From an uncultured Acidimicrobiaceae bacterium (GTDB taxonomy: Bacteria > Actinomycetota > Acidimicrobiia > Acidimicrobiales > Bog-793), in NCBI GenBank assembly GCA_963804765.1, contig CAWDRQ010000030.1, positions 155,705-219,704 on the forward strand: a stretch of DNA of 64,000 nt, in the 5' to 3' direction. A program made the position numbers and the translations under genes. Positions 1 to 8,425 of this stretch are shown here, one piece after another (the first letter of the stretch is position 1; every line of letters starts with the position of its first letter). The notes below the pieces were generated by a model. That model had not been told where the DNA came from. It did not search any database and worked only from the letters and a program-made list of their open reading frames with translations.

Positions 1-124
1 GCATCGGTGGAGCACTCGGAATGACGTGCCAGTCGGCATGGGAGCGCTTCTCCGCGGAGCAGTAGCCGGTGTCTCCACCACACAAGCGATCAGGGGCGCT
101 TGGCGACGGGCTGCTGACTATCGG

Positions 125-910
125 TCAACTCGGCTTCCGACCCCAGGCCGACACCATGGGCGAGGTTGCCAAGTCGAGCTGACCTGTAGCGACGTTGGAT
201 AGGTGCTGTTCGATCTCGTCCGCGGTCGCCAGTTGTGCGGCGATCAGGCTCTGCCGGATCTGTTCCGCGGTTGCACGCTCGAGCCGATCTACCGCAGGGC
301 CGCCGATCGGAAAGTAGGCATCCGACTGCACGTCCACAAGGCCCGCAGCTCTGAGCAGTCTTGGAAGCTTGCGAGCGAATGTCAGATCCACACCTCGTTC
401 GGCCATAAGGGCACGAAACGCCAGTTTCAACTTGTTGGCGAGTTCTTCTGCTGGGCCGTGGTCGTCGGGACATGCAAGAGGCTGTAGACCGGGGTCAGCT
501 TCTTCGACCAGGAGCCATCCACCAGGTTTGAGGGCGTCAATCATCGTGGCGAGGGCTTCGGACCGCTGAGGGACGTGGACGAGCACAAGTCGAGCGTGGA
601 CGAGGTCAAACCCGTGGTCGGGTGCTGGCTCGGTTCCGATGTCGTGCCGTTTCACTGCGAAGCCGTCCTCGGCGGCTTCCAGCCAGGTCGTGTCGATGTC
701 GGTGGCCAGCACATGGCCCTTGGTCTGTTCGGCGATCCAGGCGGGCACGCTTGCACCTCCGGCCCCAACCTCCCACACTCGCCAACCGGGTGACAGGCCG
801 ATCGACACCATGTGCCGGAAGGTCGACGGGTTGAAGAGCGTCCCGAGAGCATCGAAGCGTTGTCCCGCCTCGCTCTGTTGATTGTCGAGCAGGTAGTGCG
901 CACGAGCCAT
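125..910 (-). CDS. Class I SAM-dependent methyltransferase
   Basis: 261-aa ORF. Glycine-rich SAM-binding motif VWEVGAGGA is followed by the acidic loop VLATDID and a later LKPGGWLLV strand, the usual Rossmann methyltransferase order. Confidence 0.8.
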   Translation of the reverse strand: MARAHYLLDNQQSEAGQRFDALGTLFNPSTFRHMVSIGLSPGWRVWEVGAGGASVPAWIAEQTKGHVLATDIDTTWLEAAEDGFAVKRHDIGTEPAPDHGFDLVHARLVLVHVPQRSEALATMIDALKPGGWLLVEEADPGLQPLACPDDHGPAEELANKLKLAFRALMAERGVDLTFARKLPRLLRAAGLVDVQSDAYFPIGGPAVDRLERATAEQIRQSLIAAQLATADEIEQHLSNVATGQLDLATSPMVSAWGRKPS

Positions 911-1182
911 TCCAGGATCCTACGGACAGACCCGCTCGGGTGACCCACATGCGCAGATCAGAGTCAGCGCCGAACGCACGCCCGGAACCTCCGAGCTTAC
1001 GGGGATCGGACCACGCCCGATCGAGGCTCGGAGTGCGTCAACGCCCACATCGATTCGACGGCAAGAACAACGATCCGCCCTTCGAGCGTCGCCCGTGTCC
1101 GCGCCAGCGGGACCGACTACCGCAGCGGACACCCCTTGGTGCCGCCCGCCGCGGGCCCCGACATAAACTCGGGCGTCATCCA

Positions 1183-2010
1183 ATGATCATCGACGTGGAA
1201 CCGCTCTATCTCCAGCACCTGACCGAGGCCGATCGGCGCCTGATCGCCAGCGTGTGCAGGCCGGGCTACCCGCTGAGCACGGCGCTGGGCGACCCCGCTC
1301 TCGAGGAAGCGGTGTTCGGGCCAGGGACAGCCGACGCCATCCGGGCCGCGATGTCCCCGTTCCTCTGTTTCGCCGTGGCCGTGCATGGCACTCGGGCTTA
1401 TCTCAACACCACCACCTACGTCGAGGAGCGCTGGGCTCCCCGTAGACGAATACCGGTGTTCGACGTGGGCCCGCTGCGGGACCTCCTTGCGGACCCGGGG
1501 CGTCGGCTATTCCTCGCGGAGCTGCTCGGCTCCTACACCCACGTGGCCAGCGGGGCCACGTGGCAGCGGACCCGGCGGGGGTGGCGTCGCCGGCGTTTCA
1601 GCGAGCTGGACCCGGTGCGCTTGGCCGAGCTCCTCGAGGCGGTAAGACCGGAGGAGCGGGCTGGCATCTACCGCCGCCTCGGGAACTTGGCGCTGTTCCT
1701 GACCGGTGTGTTCCCCGACCATCACGCTGCGCCGGCCACGGGCCAGCTAGCCGCCAACCGGCTGCTCCGGATCTCGGGGCTTCGTCCCGATGACGATGCC
1801 GTGCTGGGCCCTGAGCTGCTCGGCCAGCTCGGCCCGCGCTGGTACGCCATGGCGGCCCGCTCCGCGGCGAGGCACGGAGCGGCGATGACCGCGGGGCTGG
1901 CGGTGGCGGCGGAGATGGGAGAGCGCTTCGGCGAGGCGCGCCGGGTGCTGAACGTGGTCTCCGACCGCTACCTGTTTCCGCTACGCGAGCGGTGGTTCGG
2001 CCTGTCCTGA
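1183..2010 (+). CDS. Hypothetical protein
   Basis: 275 aa from ATG 1183 (MIIDVEPLYLQHL...). The upstream part of the 940..2010 ORF is Arg/Pro-rich and looks non-coding. No family recognised. Confidence 0.5.
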   Translation: MIIDVEPLYLQHLTEADRRLIASVCRPGYPLSTALGDPALEEAVFGPGTADAIRAAMSPFLCFAVAVHGTRAYLNTTTYVEERWAPRRRIPVFDVGPLRDLLADPGRRLFLAELLGSYTHVASGATWQRTRRGWRRRRFSELDPVRLAELLEAVRPEERAGIYRRLGNLALFLTGVFPDHHAAPATGQLAANRLLRISGLRPDDDAVLGPELLGQLGPRWYAMAARSAARHGAAMTAGLAVAAEMGERFGEARRVLNVVSDRYLFPLRERWFGLS

Positions 2011-2282
2011 CCGGCGTCTACGGGGGTTGGCATCGTCTCGGTCGCAGGGCGGCCGATGGCAGGAGCGTGCACAAACGACGATGGGCTGGCTGTGGCAGGG
2101 CTCGTGGTCTCCGACCCGGCATGGTCGCTGCCGGGCGCGAGGGTCGCCTTCATCTACTCGCGCTACGTCAATCGCCTCCCCGAGGTGGACCGGGGACCGC
2201 GTCGTCGGGTGAAGAGAGTTCCCGGCGGGCGGCGAGGACGACATGAAAGGCGGGCGCAGGATGAGGGCTCTCGCTGCCCGGC

Positions 2283-2574
2283 CTACGGCCGCTCCTCGTA
2301 CATGGCGCGGCCGGGAACGAAATCGCCTTGGCGTAGGAGAGCCATGATGCGGTGGAACACGGCCTGCTGGCCTTCATGGAAATCCTCGCCGAGGTCCGAG
2401 TGGTCTTCTTCCGCGCGATCGGACAACTGTTGGAGCCACCGCGCGATTCGCGAGGTGGTTGCGGTACAGCACGGGCTCCTCGATGAGCAGCCGGTCAGCC
2501 GTCGCGCGGTTCCATCCCGCTATTTCACTTGTATCGAAATCGAGCAACTCTTCGTCGGGTGGAAACTCAGCCAT
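2283..2574 (-). pseudogene. Small hypothetical protein, apparent +1 frameshift near 2455
   Basis: N-terminal frame reads MAEFPPDEELLDFDTSEIAGWNRATADRLLIEEPVLYRNHL. It continues sensibly only in another frame (RIARWLQQLSDRAEEDHSDLGEDFHEGQQAVFHRIMALLRQGDFVPGRAMYEERP*). The span is 292 nt (3n+1). Confidence 0.35.
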
Positions 2575-2736
2575 GACGCGAGGATAGGACGACCTTCCGC
2601 CGCACCACGCGCTTCGCGTAGGCCCCCGGGCCGACGCGATGGCGGCGCGATTCCTGAGCCGTGCGGCCCGGTAGAGGGCGCTCGCTAAGCTACGGCGCTG
2701 CAGACGAGGAGGCTTTTTTTCGCGGGCCGGAGGGCC

Positions 2737-3318
2737 TTGTCCTATACAGAAGAGGGGGGCGAAGCAATGCGGTTTTTGCTTGATGACTCGGTTGACGTCT
2801 CGCGTTCGTTCGAGGCCGTACGGGAGCGATTCGCCAGTGAAGAAGCTTGGTTTGCGCCGCTCGCGAATGCAGCCGAGGAGGAATGCGAAGCGCTTTACGT
2901 CCGGATCGGACCGTCGTGGGCGAGCGGGCGAGTCGTGCGTGAGGTCCGCGTGACGCTGGGTACTCCCAGCGACCGCGGGGTCACGCTGGTCGTGCCCATA
3001 TCTTGGCAGTCGAGTGAACTCCCTGGGCTCTTTCCCGTGCTCGAGGGCGAAGTGGAACTCTTCGCGCTGGGCCCCGACCGCTGCCGCATCTCCCTCTTTG
3101 TTTCCTATGTACCCCCGTTCGGGCAGCTCGGGGGCTATCTCGACCGCGCCTTATTGCACCGCGTCGCCCAGTCGACCTTGCGTTCCTTCCTCGTGCGGTT
3201 GGCCGAGAGCCTTGAGAGGGAGAACTTCGCGGTCGGCGCCCCGGGACGTCGGGCGTCCGGAGAGATTGAGCCCAACCGGCAAGACCTGCCACGACCGGCT
3301 CAGGCGATCCTCGATTGA
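2737..3318 (+). CDS. Hypothetical protein (possibly SRPBCC-like)
   Basis: 193-aa ORF with coding-like composition. An alternative start exists at MRFLLDD. The pattern VLEGEVEL...YVPPFGQLGGYLDRALLHRVAQSTLRSFL resembles small-ligand-binding SRPBCC folds, but this is a weak impression only. Confidence 0.45.
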   Translation: MSYTEEGGEAMRFLLDDSVDVSRSFEAVRERFASEEAWFAPLANAAEEECEALYVRIGPSWASGRVVREVRVTLGTPSDRGVTLVVPISWQSSELPGLFPVLEGEVELFALGPDRCRISLFVSYVPPFGQLGGYLDRALLHRVAQSTLRSFLVRLAESLERENFAVGAPGRRASGEIEPNRQDLPRPAQAILD

Positions 3319-3439
3319 GATCGTGTGGCACTCGCCCGGTGAGGAGACTTACCGCCTTATCTCGCGTCGTCCTGCGCTGGGAGCATTGACACCACGACCT
3401 TCCCAAACACCGATTAGTTGTATTACACTTATTAGTTAG

Positions 3440-3685
3440 AGGTCCATCCGTCGGCTCACCGCCACCACGTCCCTGACACAGACATCTCCCAATGCTTACG
3501 AGCACGCCATCGCCTCGGTGGAACTCGGCGACGATCCCTACCGATATCTGGTGGCTAGGCCCGACCGAGCAGGCAACCTCCTCGAGCTCGTCGTTCTTGA
3601 ACTCCCTGACACCATGCTCGTGATCCACGCCACGGCCCTGCGACGGTCAACCCGACAAGAACTGTTCGGAGACGAACCATCATGA
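3440..3685 (+). pseudogene. Small toxin-like ORF upstream of an RHH antitoxin; no canonical start for full length
   Basis: Open frame from the stop at 3437 to TGA 3683-3685. It reads ...DPYRYLVARPDRAGNLLELVVLELPDTMLVIHATALRRSTRQELFGD. The motif (G.D..G..LE.VV......V.IHAM.lR) is one I recognise from small actinobacterial proteins paired with CopG/RHH antitoxins. Only an internal GTG is available as a start. Its stop overlaps the next gene's ATG (ATGA). Confidence 0.35.
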
Positions 3686-3966
3686 CGAAGAGAACCTACG
3701 GACACACTCGAAGCGGCGAGCCCATCGACGACGCCATGATCGAAAGGCTTGCCAACGAAGCCGAAAGGGGCTACGAACCCGGCAAGCTGCTCGCCAAGCC
3801 TCGCGGCCGCGGACGCCCCCCTCTGGGCGAACTCGCAAAAGAGGTCGAATCCGTTCGACTCGACGTCCAGCTGCGAGACGAGACCACGCGGCGAGCCGCT
3901 CAGGAAGGCATCACCGTCTCGGAACTAATCCGTCGAGCGCTGCGGCAGTACCTCCGCGCAGGCTGA
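3682..3966 (+). CDS. Ribbon-helix-helix (CopG-like) antitoxin-type protein
   Basis: 94 aa. The C-terminal part is VRLDVQLRDETTRRAAQEGITVSELIRRALRQYL, a beta-strand plus two helices typical of RHH domains. The N-terminal part is (ANEAERGYEPGKL...GRPPLG), typical of this antitoxin group. Its start overlaps the preceding ORF by 4 nt. Confidence 0.75.
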   Translation: MTKRTYGHTRSGEPIDDAMIERLANEAERGYEPGKLLAKPRGRGRPPLGELAKEVESVRLDVQLRDETTRRAAQEGITVSELIRRALRQYLRAG

Positions 3967-4025
3967 ACTCCGCGCCCGCAGGGGCGGAACCACTTCTGGG
4001 CCGCAATACGATGGCGCCGAGCGGG

Positions 4026-4156
4026 TCAACGACGGCGACCGTTCTGAATGGGCTGTGTCCCCCGATGATCACCCAGCCGTTCTGGGTGGCGAGCACCATC
4101 GAGCCAGGTGGCGATCTCGGCCGGGTCGAATCTGACAAACCACCCGACCTTCAGGT
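4026..4156 (-). pseudogene. Excisionase/HTH_17-like gene, C-terminal fragment only
   Basis: Minus-strand translation is VPYLKVGWFVRFDPAEIATWLDGARHPERL...*. This matches the end of MerR-type excisionase HTH domains (..P..KVGR..R....d...WL.). The N-terminal half is replaced exactly at 4156/4157 by the SnoaL-fragment repeat. Confidence 0.45.
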
Positions 4157-4372
4157 ACGGCACGGAGACTGGGCCGGGCCTCGAATCAACCAAGGCTGGC
4201 ACCAAGCAACTGTTCGCCATGATGAAGGCCGGTTTCCCCGATCTGCGATTCGACGCCGAAGACATCCTTGAGAGTGGGGACAAGGTCGTGGCTCGGGCCC
4301 GCGTAACAGGGACCAACAAGGGCGAGTTCATGGGCATCCCCGCCAGCGGAAAGAGCATCGACATTCAGGCCT
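4157..4372 (+). repeat. 216-bp internal fragment of the SnoaL-like gene (copy 1, orphan fragment)
   Basis: Identical to 13209-13424 except for two substitutions (acaggg/acgggg and gcggaaag/gcgggaag). Both flanks are unrelated to the intact gene, so the 4108..4512 ORF is a chimeric artefact. Confidence 0.9.
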
Positions 4373-5119
4373 GTGAGACAGTCTTCATCCCGGACGGATA
4401 CACGCTGGGGCAGGCGCTGACGAAGCTTCCTGTTCACTGGCCCGGCACCAATGAAGCTGTCGGGTATGCCAACGTGGCCCTCACGAGCTTCGGGACATTA
4501 GCGGTGCGGTAGCCGGTGCAAACGCCCAGCGCGGCATGATCTCGGTCAGCTCGTGAGTGAGCGGAGCACATGGCCGAACGTGGCCGTCTGAGGTCTCGGT
4601 GAACTCGACCTTGCGGAAGGTTCGACGCTCAATCAAGTCGAGAACGAAGCCCTCCGCCTCGGGCCGTACCGGCTCGACCAGGTCTAGCGCCGTCGACTGG
4701 CGGCCTCGGGCGTCGTTGTGGACGATCCTGCCTTCTCGCTCGACTCCCAGGCGAAGCCTGTGGGCAGACTCGAGCGAGCACGGGGATGGTCAGGTGCTCC
4801 CCTTTTCGATCAGCGTTTACACGACGCTCTGCGCTGTGGGCTGAAGCCCCCTGTGGTTCCGTGACTGGTTTCGGCCGGTCTTCCACTCCCCCAGGCCGTC
4901 GTGGGCCGTTCTGACGCGTGCCGGTGAGCAGACAGCCTTTTGAATCCGACAGGTGGCACATTTGAACATCTGGAGGACTCCAGGCAGAGGACGGCGTCGC
5001 ATGCCGCCACCGCCGGAAACATCTTCGAGTGGTCAGCCTGGCGGTGGCCGCCACCATCCGAGGTTCGGTGGCGCTGTCGAGTTGTCGTCGTGGGAATGCG
5101 ACGTGGGCCTCCCCTGGGC

Positions 5120-5153
5120 GAGTCGGCGGGGGGAATCGCACCCCCCGCCGCTC
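5120..5153 (-). ncRNA. Group II intron domain V candidate
   Basis: RNA sense is GAGCGGCGGGGGGUGCGAUUCCCCCCGCCGACUC. It is 34 nt with an AGC triad at positions 2-4, a GCGA (GNRA) tetraloop and a bulge on the 3' strand. The pairing register is ambiguous because of the G/C runs. Confidence 0.6.
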
Positions 5154-5179
5154 TCAGGACCGGACGTGACAGTCTCCCG

Positions 5180-6523
5180 TCATCCGGCCCCCACAGGCCG
5201 GCCGTCGGTGAATGCGACGAGTTGCCAGTGGGCGAAGAGTTTGGGGTTGCGTCGGTAAATCCGTTGCAGCCATTCCATCGCCCGTAGGTATCTCTTGCGG
5301 AATCGCTTGAACTTGTGCACGGCCCATCTGGTGAGATGCTCATTGATGCGCCATGCGAGGAAGCTCAACTCGGAGCGGTAGAAGCGCCCGTAGTAGTTGA
5401 TCCAGCCGCGCACTTGGGGATTGATTTCCTCGGCGATGCCAGACAGGTCCATCCCGGTTCGACGACCGAGATGCCAGGCTCTGATCTGTTGGCCTTTCGC
5501 TTTCCTCGCCGCTGCCGAGATGGCCGGCAAGAAGCCAGCAAAGTAGCCTCTTGGCCCTTTGGCCAGGCGAGTCCGGAAGGTGTAGCCCAAGAAGTCGAAG
5601 CTGGTGTGCTCGTAGCTTCCGGGGCGGTTCGCGTCCTTGCAGAACACGATCTTGGTCTTCTCGGGGTGCAGCTCGAGACCCAGGGTCCCCAGCCGCTCGG
5701 CGATCGCAGCTCTCAGATTTCGGGCCTGTTCTTCGGTGTCGCAATGAGCGACGATGTCGTCTGCGTAGCGCTCCCAGGGACATCCCGGGTGTTCCCGGTC
5801 CATCCACCGGTCGAACGCGTAGTGCATGAACAGGTTGGCCAATACGGGCGAAATCGGAGAACCCTGCGGGGTTCCCTTCTCCCGTGGTGTCAGGGTCCCG
5901 TCCGCCATCTGCATGGGGGCTGTAAGCCACCGTTGGATGTAGAGCAGAACCCACCGCTCGCTGGTGTGGTGAGCCACCGCTTGTAACAGCAGATCATGGG
6001 GGACGGAGTCGAAGAAGGCCCGGATGTCGCAGTCGAGCACCCAGTCCTTCTCCCAGCACCGTCTCCGACAGACAGCCAGCGCGTCATGGGCCGAGCGGCC
6101 CGGACGGTAGCCGTAGCTGTCAGGGTGGAAGATCGGCTCCAGCTTCTCCTCCAGCAGCATCGCTGCCGCCGTCTGCGCCACCCGGTCGGCCACGTTCGGC
6201 ACCCCGAGGACGCGCACGCCCTTCCCGTGATCCTTGGGTATCTCCACCGCCCGCACCGGGCCAGGGAAGTAGCTCCCCGACGACATCCGGTTCCACAGCT
6301 TGTAGAGGTTGTCCCTCTCCCGCTCTTGAAACCCGTTGATGCTGACGGCGTCCACGCCCGGAGCCCCGTAGTTGGACCGGACCTTCTCCCACGCCCGAAA
6401 AACCAGGCGCTTGTCGATCTCAAACGACTTCACTTTCGGCTTGGGTGTCTCCCCAGGCTCCTCCCCCGCAGGGTTGGCCTCGGACTTCCCCTGGTCTGCG
6501 CGGCCCCTTGGCTCCAGCCCCAT
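5180..6523 (-). CDS. Group II intron reverse transcriptase/maturase
   Basis: 447 aa. RT blocks are present, including YRPGRSAHDAL, TPQGSPISPVLANLFMH and the catalytic YADDIV. The maturase X region is GWINYYGRFYRSE. No HNH endonuclease tail is present. Confidence 0.95.
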   Translation of the reverse strand: MGLEPRGRADQGKSEANPAGEEPGETPKPKVKSFEIDKRLVFRAWEKVRSNYGAPGVDAVSINGFQERERDNLYKLWNRMSSGSYFPGPVRAVEIPKDHGKGVRVLGVPNVADRVAQTAAAMLLEEKLEPIFHPDSYGYRPGRSAHDALAVCRRRCWEKDWVLDCDIRAFFDSVPHDLLLQAVAHHTSERWVLLYIQRWLTAPMQMADGTLTPREKGTPQGSPISPVLANLFMHYAFDRWMDREHPGCPWERYADDIVAHCDTEEQARNLRAAIAERLGTLGLELHPEKTKIVFCKDANRPGSYEHTSFDFLGYTFRTRLAKGPRGYFAGFLPAISAAARKAKGQQIRAWHLGRRTGMDLSGIAEEINPQVRGWINYYGRFYRSELSFLAWRINEHLTRWAVHKFKRFRKRYLRAMEWLQRIYRRNPKLFAHWQLVAFTDGRPVGAG

Positions 6524-7170
6524 TACAGGACCTTCATCGCTACTGCGAGCCGCCCCGTCCCAGTGCCCCGCATCGGTACTCTGCCCCTCACGGTTGACGC
6601 CGCTTGGGGTCCTCCCTTTCGCGACCAGGGGGTCAACAACACCCGTTTCGACTGGCCGACAGCATCGGGACGACTGGTTCTCCTGTTCCGTATCAGCGCC
6701 TGCGACGAGCTCACGCCACCTCTACACCGGACACCACCAGGCCAGCACACAGGCCACCGCCTGGCTGAGGGCGCGCCAAGTCGGCGCGCCTTTGTCACGG
6801 GAACTATGCGACTCCCCGCTTTTGGCACCATCGTTTCGGCTTTCGATGCTTCAGACAGTGGTTCACTCACGTTCGTCTTCTCGTCGCCCACCTGACCGGC
6901 TCCCGGCCGGCCTTTTCCGCAACGCTCACCACCCCGGCTCTTAACCGACGCAGCTTGCGGTGGTTTGGGATCCCCGCCTGCACGGCGAACCCGGAGGGCC
7001 ACCCTCCATCACTGATACAGCACGGTTCGTGCTGGTGGCTTCTACCTCACCCTCACTCTCCTTTCAGGACACACGGCGTAACGCCGATTATTTCCGCAGC
7101 GCGCCGATCCACTGGGCCGCTCTCCGGCATTCCCCGCCGCGCATTATGCGTTTGCCCACGTAATGAGGAT

Positions 7171-7497
7171 TCAGTCGTACCCTGACATCTCGCCCATGTC
7201 TGTTCGCCTTCGCTTGAGGGCTTTCAGCGCGTCCTCCCTGGCGGCCTCGACCCTCGCATCCCGACCGACCGCTTCAGGGCGGAAGACACTCCATGGAACT
7301 TCTGTCGCCAAGCCGGTCGCGGTATCCCCTCCACCGTCGCTTCGCAGGTCGAGACCGAGTATCAGCCGACCGGCGTCGGCGATGGCGTTCACTACGGCTG
7401 GTGCGACCGCCAAGGGCCACATAACCTCGCCGGTTTCTGTCCTGATGGCACTGGACAGGAGCTCGGCGGGAAGAAATGACAGGTCAGCGCCTGGCAC
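7171..7497 (-). CDS. Hypothetical protein
   Basis: 108-aa ORF with a GTG start (MPGADLSFLPAELLSSAIRTETGEVMWPL...). No family recognised. Its stop lies about 27 nt before the inferred 5' end of the intron. Confidence 0.45.
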   Translation of the reverse strand: MPGADLSFLPAELLSSAIRTETGEVMWPLAVAPAVVNAIADAGRLILGLDLRSDGGGDTATGLATEVPWSVFRPEAVGRDARVEAAREDALKALKRRRTDMGEMSGYD

Positions 7498-7652
7498 ATC
7501 GCCCAGTCTGCTCCCTGGTAGCCGATGCCGCAGAACGCCAACCGGTGTTCCCCACTCTGCTCCTTAGCCGCCTTCAGGCCTCATTACCACACACTCGTAT
7601 TCGCGACTCTCTTCTGGGCGAGCCGCTTTTCCCCTCCAGTCACGCAGGCCGC

Positions 7653-7844
7653 TCATGTGTAGGCGGACTCGTCCTTCAGGTTTTGGCGCAGCCAGGTCCT
7701 CACCTCTTCCTTGTCCTCGTGCCCATGAACGGTCATCGCATGATGTGTGGCGGCGGCGAGCACTTCGTCCTCCTCACCCGAAATTGTGAGCGTGCAGCCG
7801 CTATCGCTCGGGAAGTCTCGGCAGTCGGCAACTTTTCGGCTCAT
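7653..7844 (-). CDS. DUF1059-type small metal-binding protein
   Basis: 63 aa from ATG 7844: MSRKVADCRDFPSDSGCTLTISGEEDEVLAAATHHAMTVHGHEDKEEV.... The C..(S)..C...I.G...e.v.......H....H pattern is characteristic of DUF1059. The rest of the 258-aa ORF upstream is Arg/Ser-rich noise. Confidence 0.75.
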   Translation of the reverse strand: MSRKVADCRDFPSDSGCTLTISGEEDEVLAAATHHAMTVHGHEDKEEVRTWLRQNLKDESAYT

Positions 7845-7875
7845 TGGGTCTCCGTTCTCTCGATCGCTGTGGTGG

Positions 7876-8172
7876 TCACATTTCCTCGACGCTGCGCACG
7901 TCCAGGTTGCGGAACAGCATCGGCCCGTCGCACAGCTGGCCGAGGCGCTCGGCGAAAGATGCCGTCTCAGGGAGGTCCGAGTTGACCATGGCATCCTCAT
8001 AGGAAGGGAACTCCACGATCTGGACATAGGTGTTCGGCCGTTCCCTGTCCTGGGTGAAGGTGCCCCGCTGAGCGGTCCGACGTCCCGCTGTCTTCGTCCG
8101 CCACTCGCTGACCAGCGCCTCGACTTCGTCTGGCCGGGTCGTCGTGAACTCGATGATCTGGACGAACGCCAT
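7876..8172 (-). CDS. Small ABM/dimeric alpha-beta-barrel-like protein
   Basis: 98 aa from ATG 8172 (MAFVQIIEFTTTRPDEVEALVSEW...YVQIVEFPSYEDAM). The repeated (V/I)QI(I/V)EF strands are typical of this small-protein fold in actinobacteria. Confidence 0.55.
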   Translation of the reverse strand: MAFVQIIEFTTTRPDEVEALVSEWRTKTAGRRTAQRGTFTQDRERPNTYVQIVEFPSYEDAMVNSDLPETASFAERLGQLCDGPMLFRNLDVRSVEEM

Positions 8173-8425
8173 CGCGACATCTCCCCCCGGGAGCCGTTTT
8201 CCCGCGGCGGGACTTCGCCGCTGGGTTCCCCCCCTTCGCGCACGGTAACGCTGTTCGCGGACCATTTCAATTGGTTCTTTGCGCCAGATCGCCAGGTCGA
8301 CAGCACCCCGCAGCTCAATTGCCACGAGGCCCTCCGGCCACACTCATGAACGGTGGTCTTCGCGAGGTCCCTTGTGCCGTCGACTGGCTGCACTCGGCCC
8401 ACCGAACGTCCACGTAGCGCGGATA

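Larger units (their letters stand above)
5090..7144 (-). mobile_element. Group II intron (about 2.05 kb, boundaries approximate)
   Basis: RT/maturase ORF at 5180-6523. About 620 nt of structured-looking, stop-rich RNA lies upstream (domains I-III expected there). A domain V-like 34-nt hairpin lies 27 nt after the ORF stop. The 3' end is inferred near ...CAUUCCCAC (5090). The 5' end is inferred at (A)UGCGCGG (about 7144) and is not a perfect GUGYG. Confidence 0.75.

Noticed and set aside
1-65. The end of a plus-strand gene entering from the left edge (...IGGALGMTCQSAWERFSAEQ*, stop at 63-65).
   Set aside because: Only about 20 codons are visible, which is too little to assign a product or even to be sure it is coding.
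4491-4790. Minus-strand open frame reading ...RIVHNDARGRQSTALDLVEPVRPEAEGFVLDLIERRTFRKVEFTETSDGHVRPCAPLTHELTEIMPRWAFAP..., which looks protein-like.
   Set aside because: It has no usable start codon after the upstream stop, and I could not recognise a family. It may be another gene fragment in this debris-rich stretch, but I cannot support a feature call.
5315-5986. Long ORFs antisense to, or out of frame with, confidently assigned genes. Examples: 5315-5986 (+), 8279-9421 (+), 29921-31036 (-), 38274-39878 (+), 43295-44494 (-), 45452-46915 (+), 48433-49512 (+) and 60096-61115 (+).
   Set aside because: In DNA this GC-rich, stop codons are rare in all frames. These translations are Arg/Pro/Gly/Ala-rich with no recognisable motifs, and each overlaps a gene with clear family signatures. 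I treat them as shadow ORFs.
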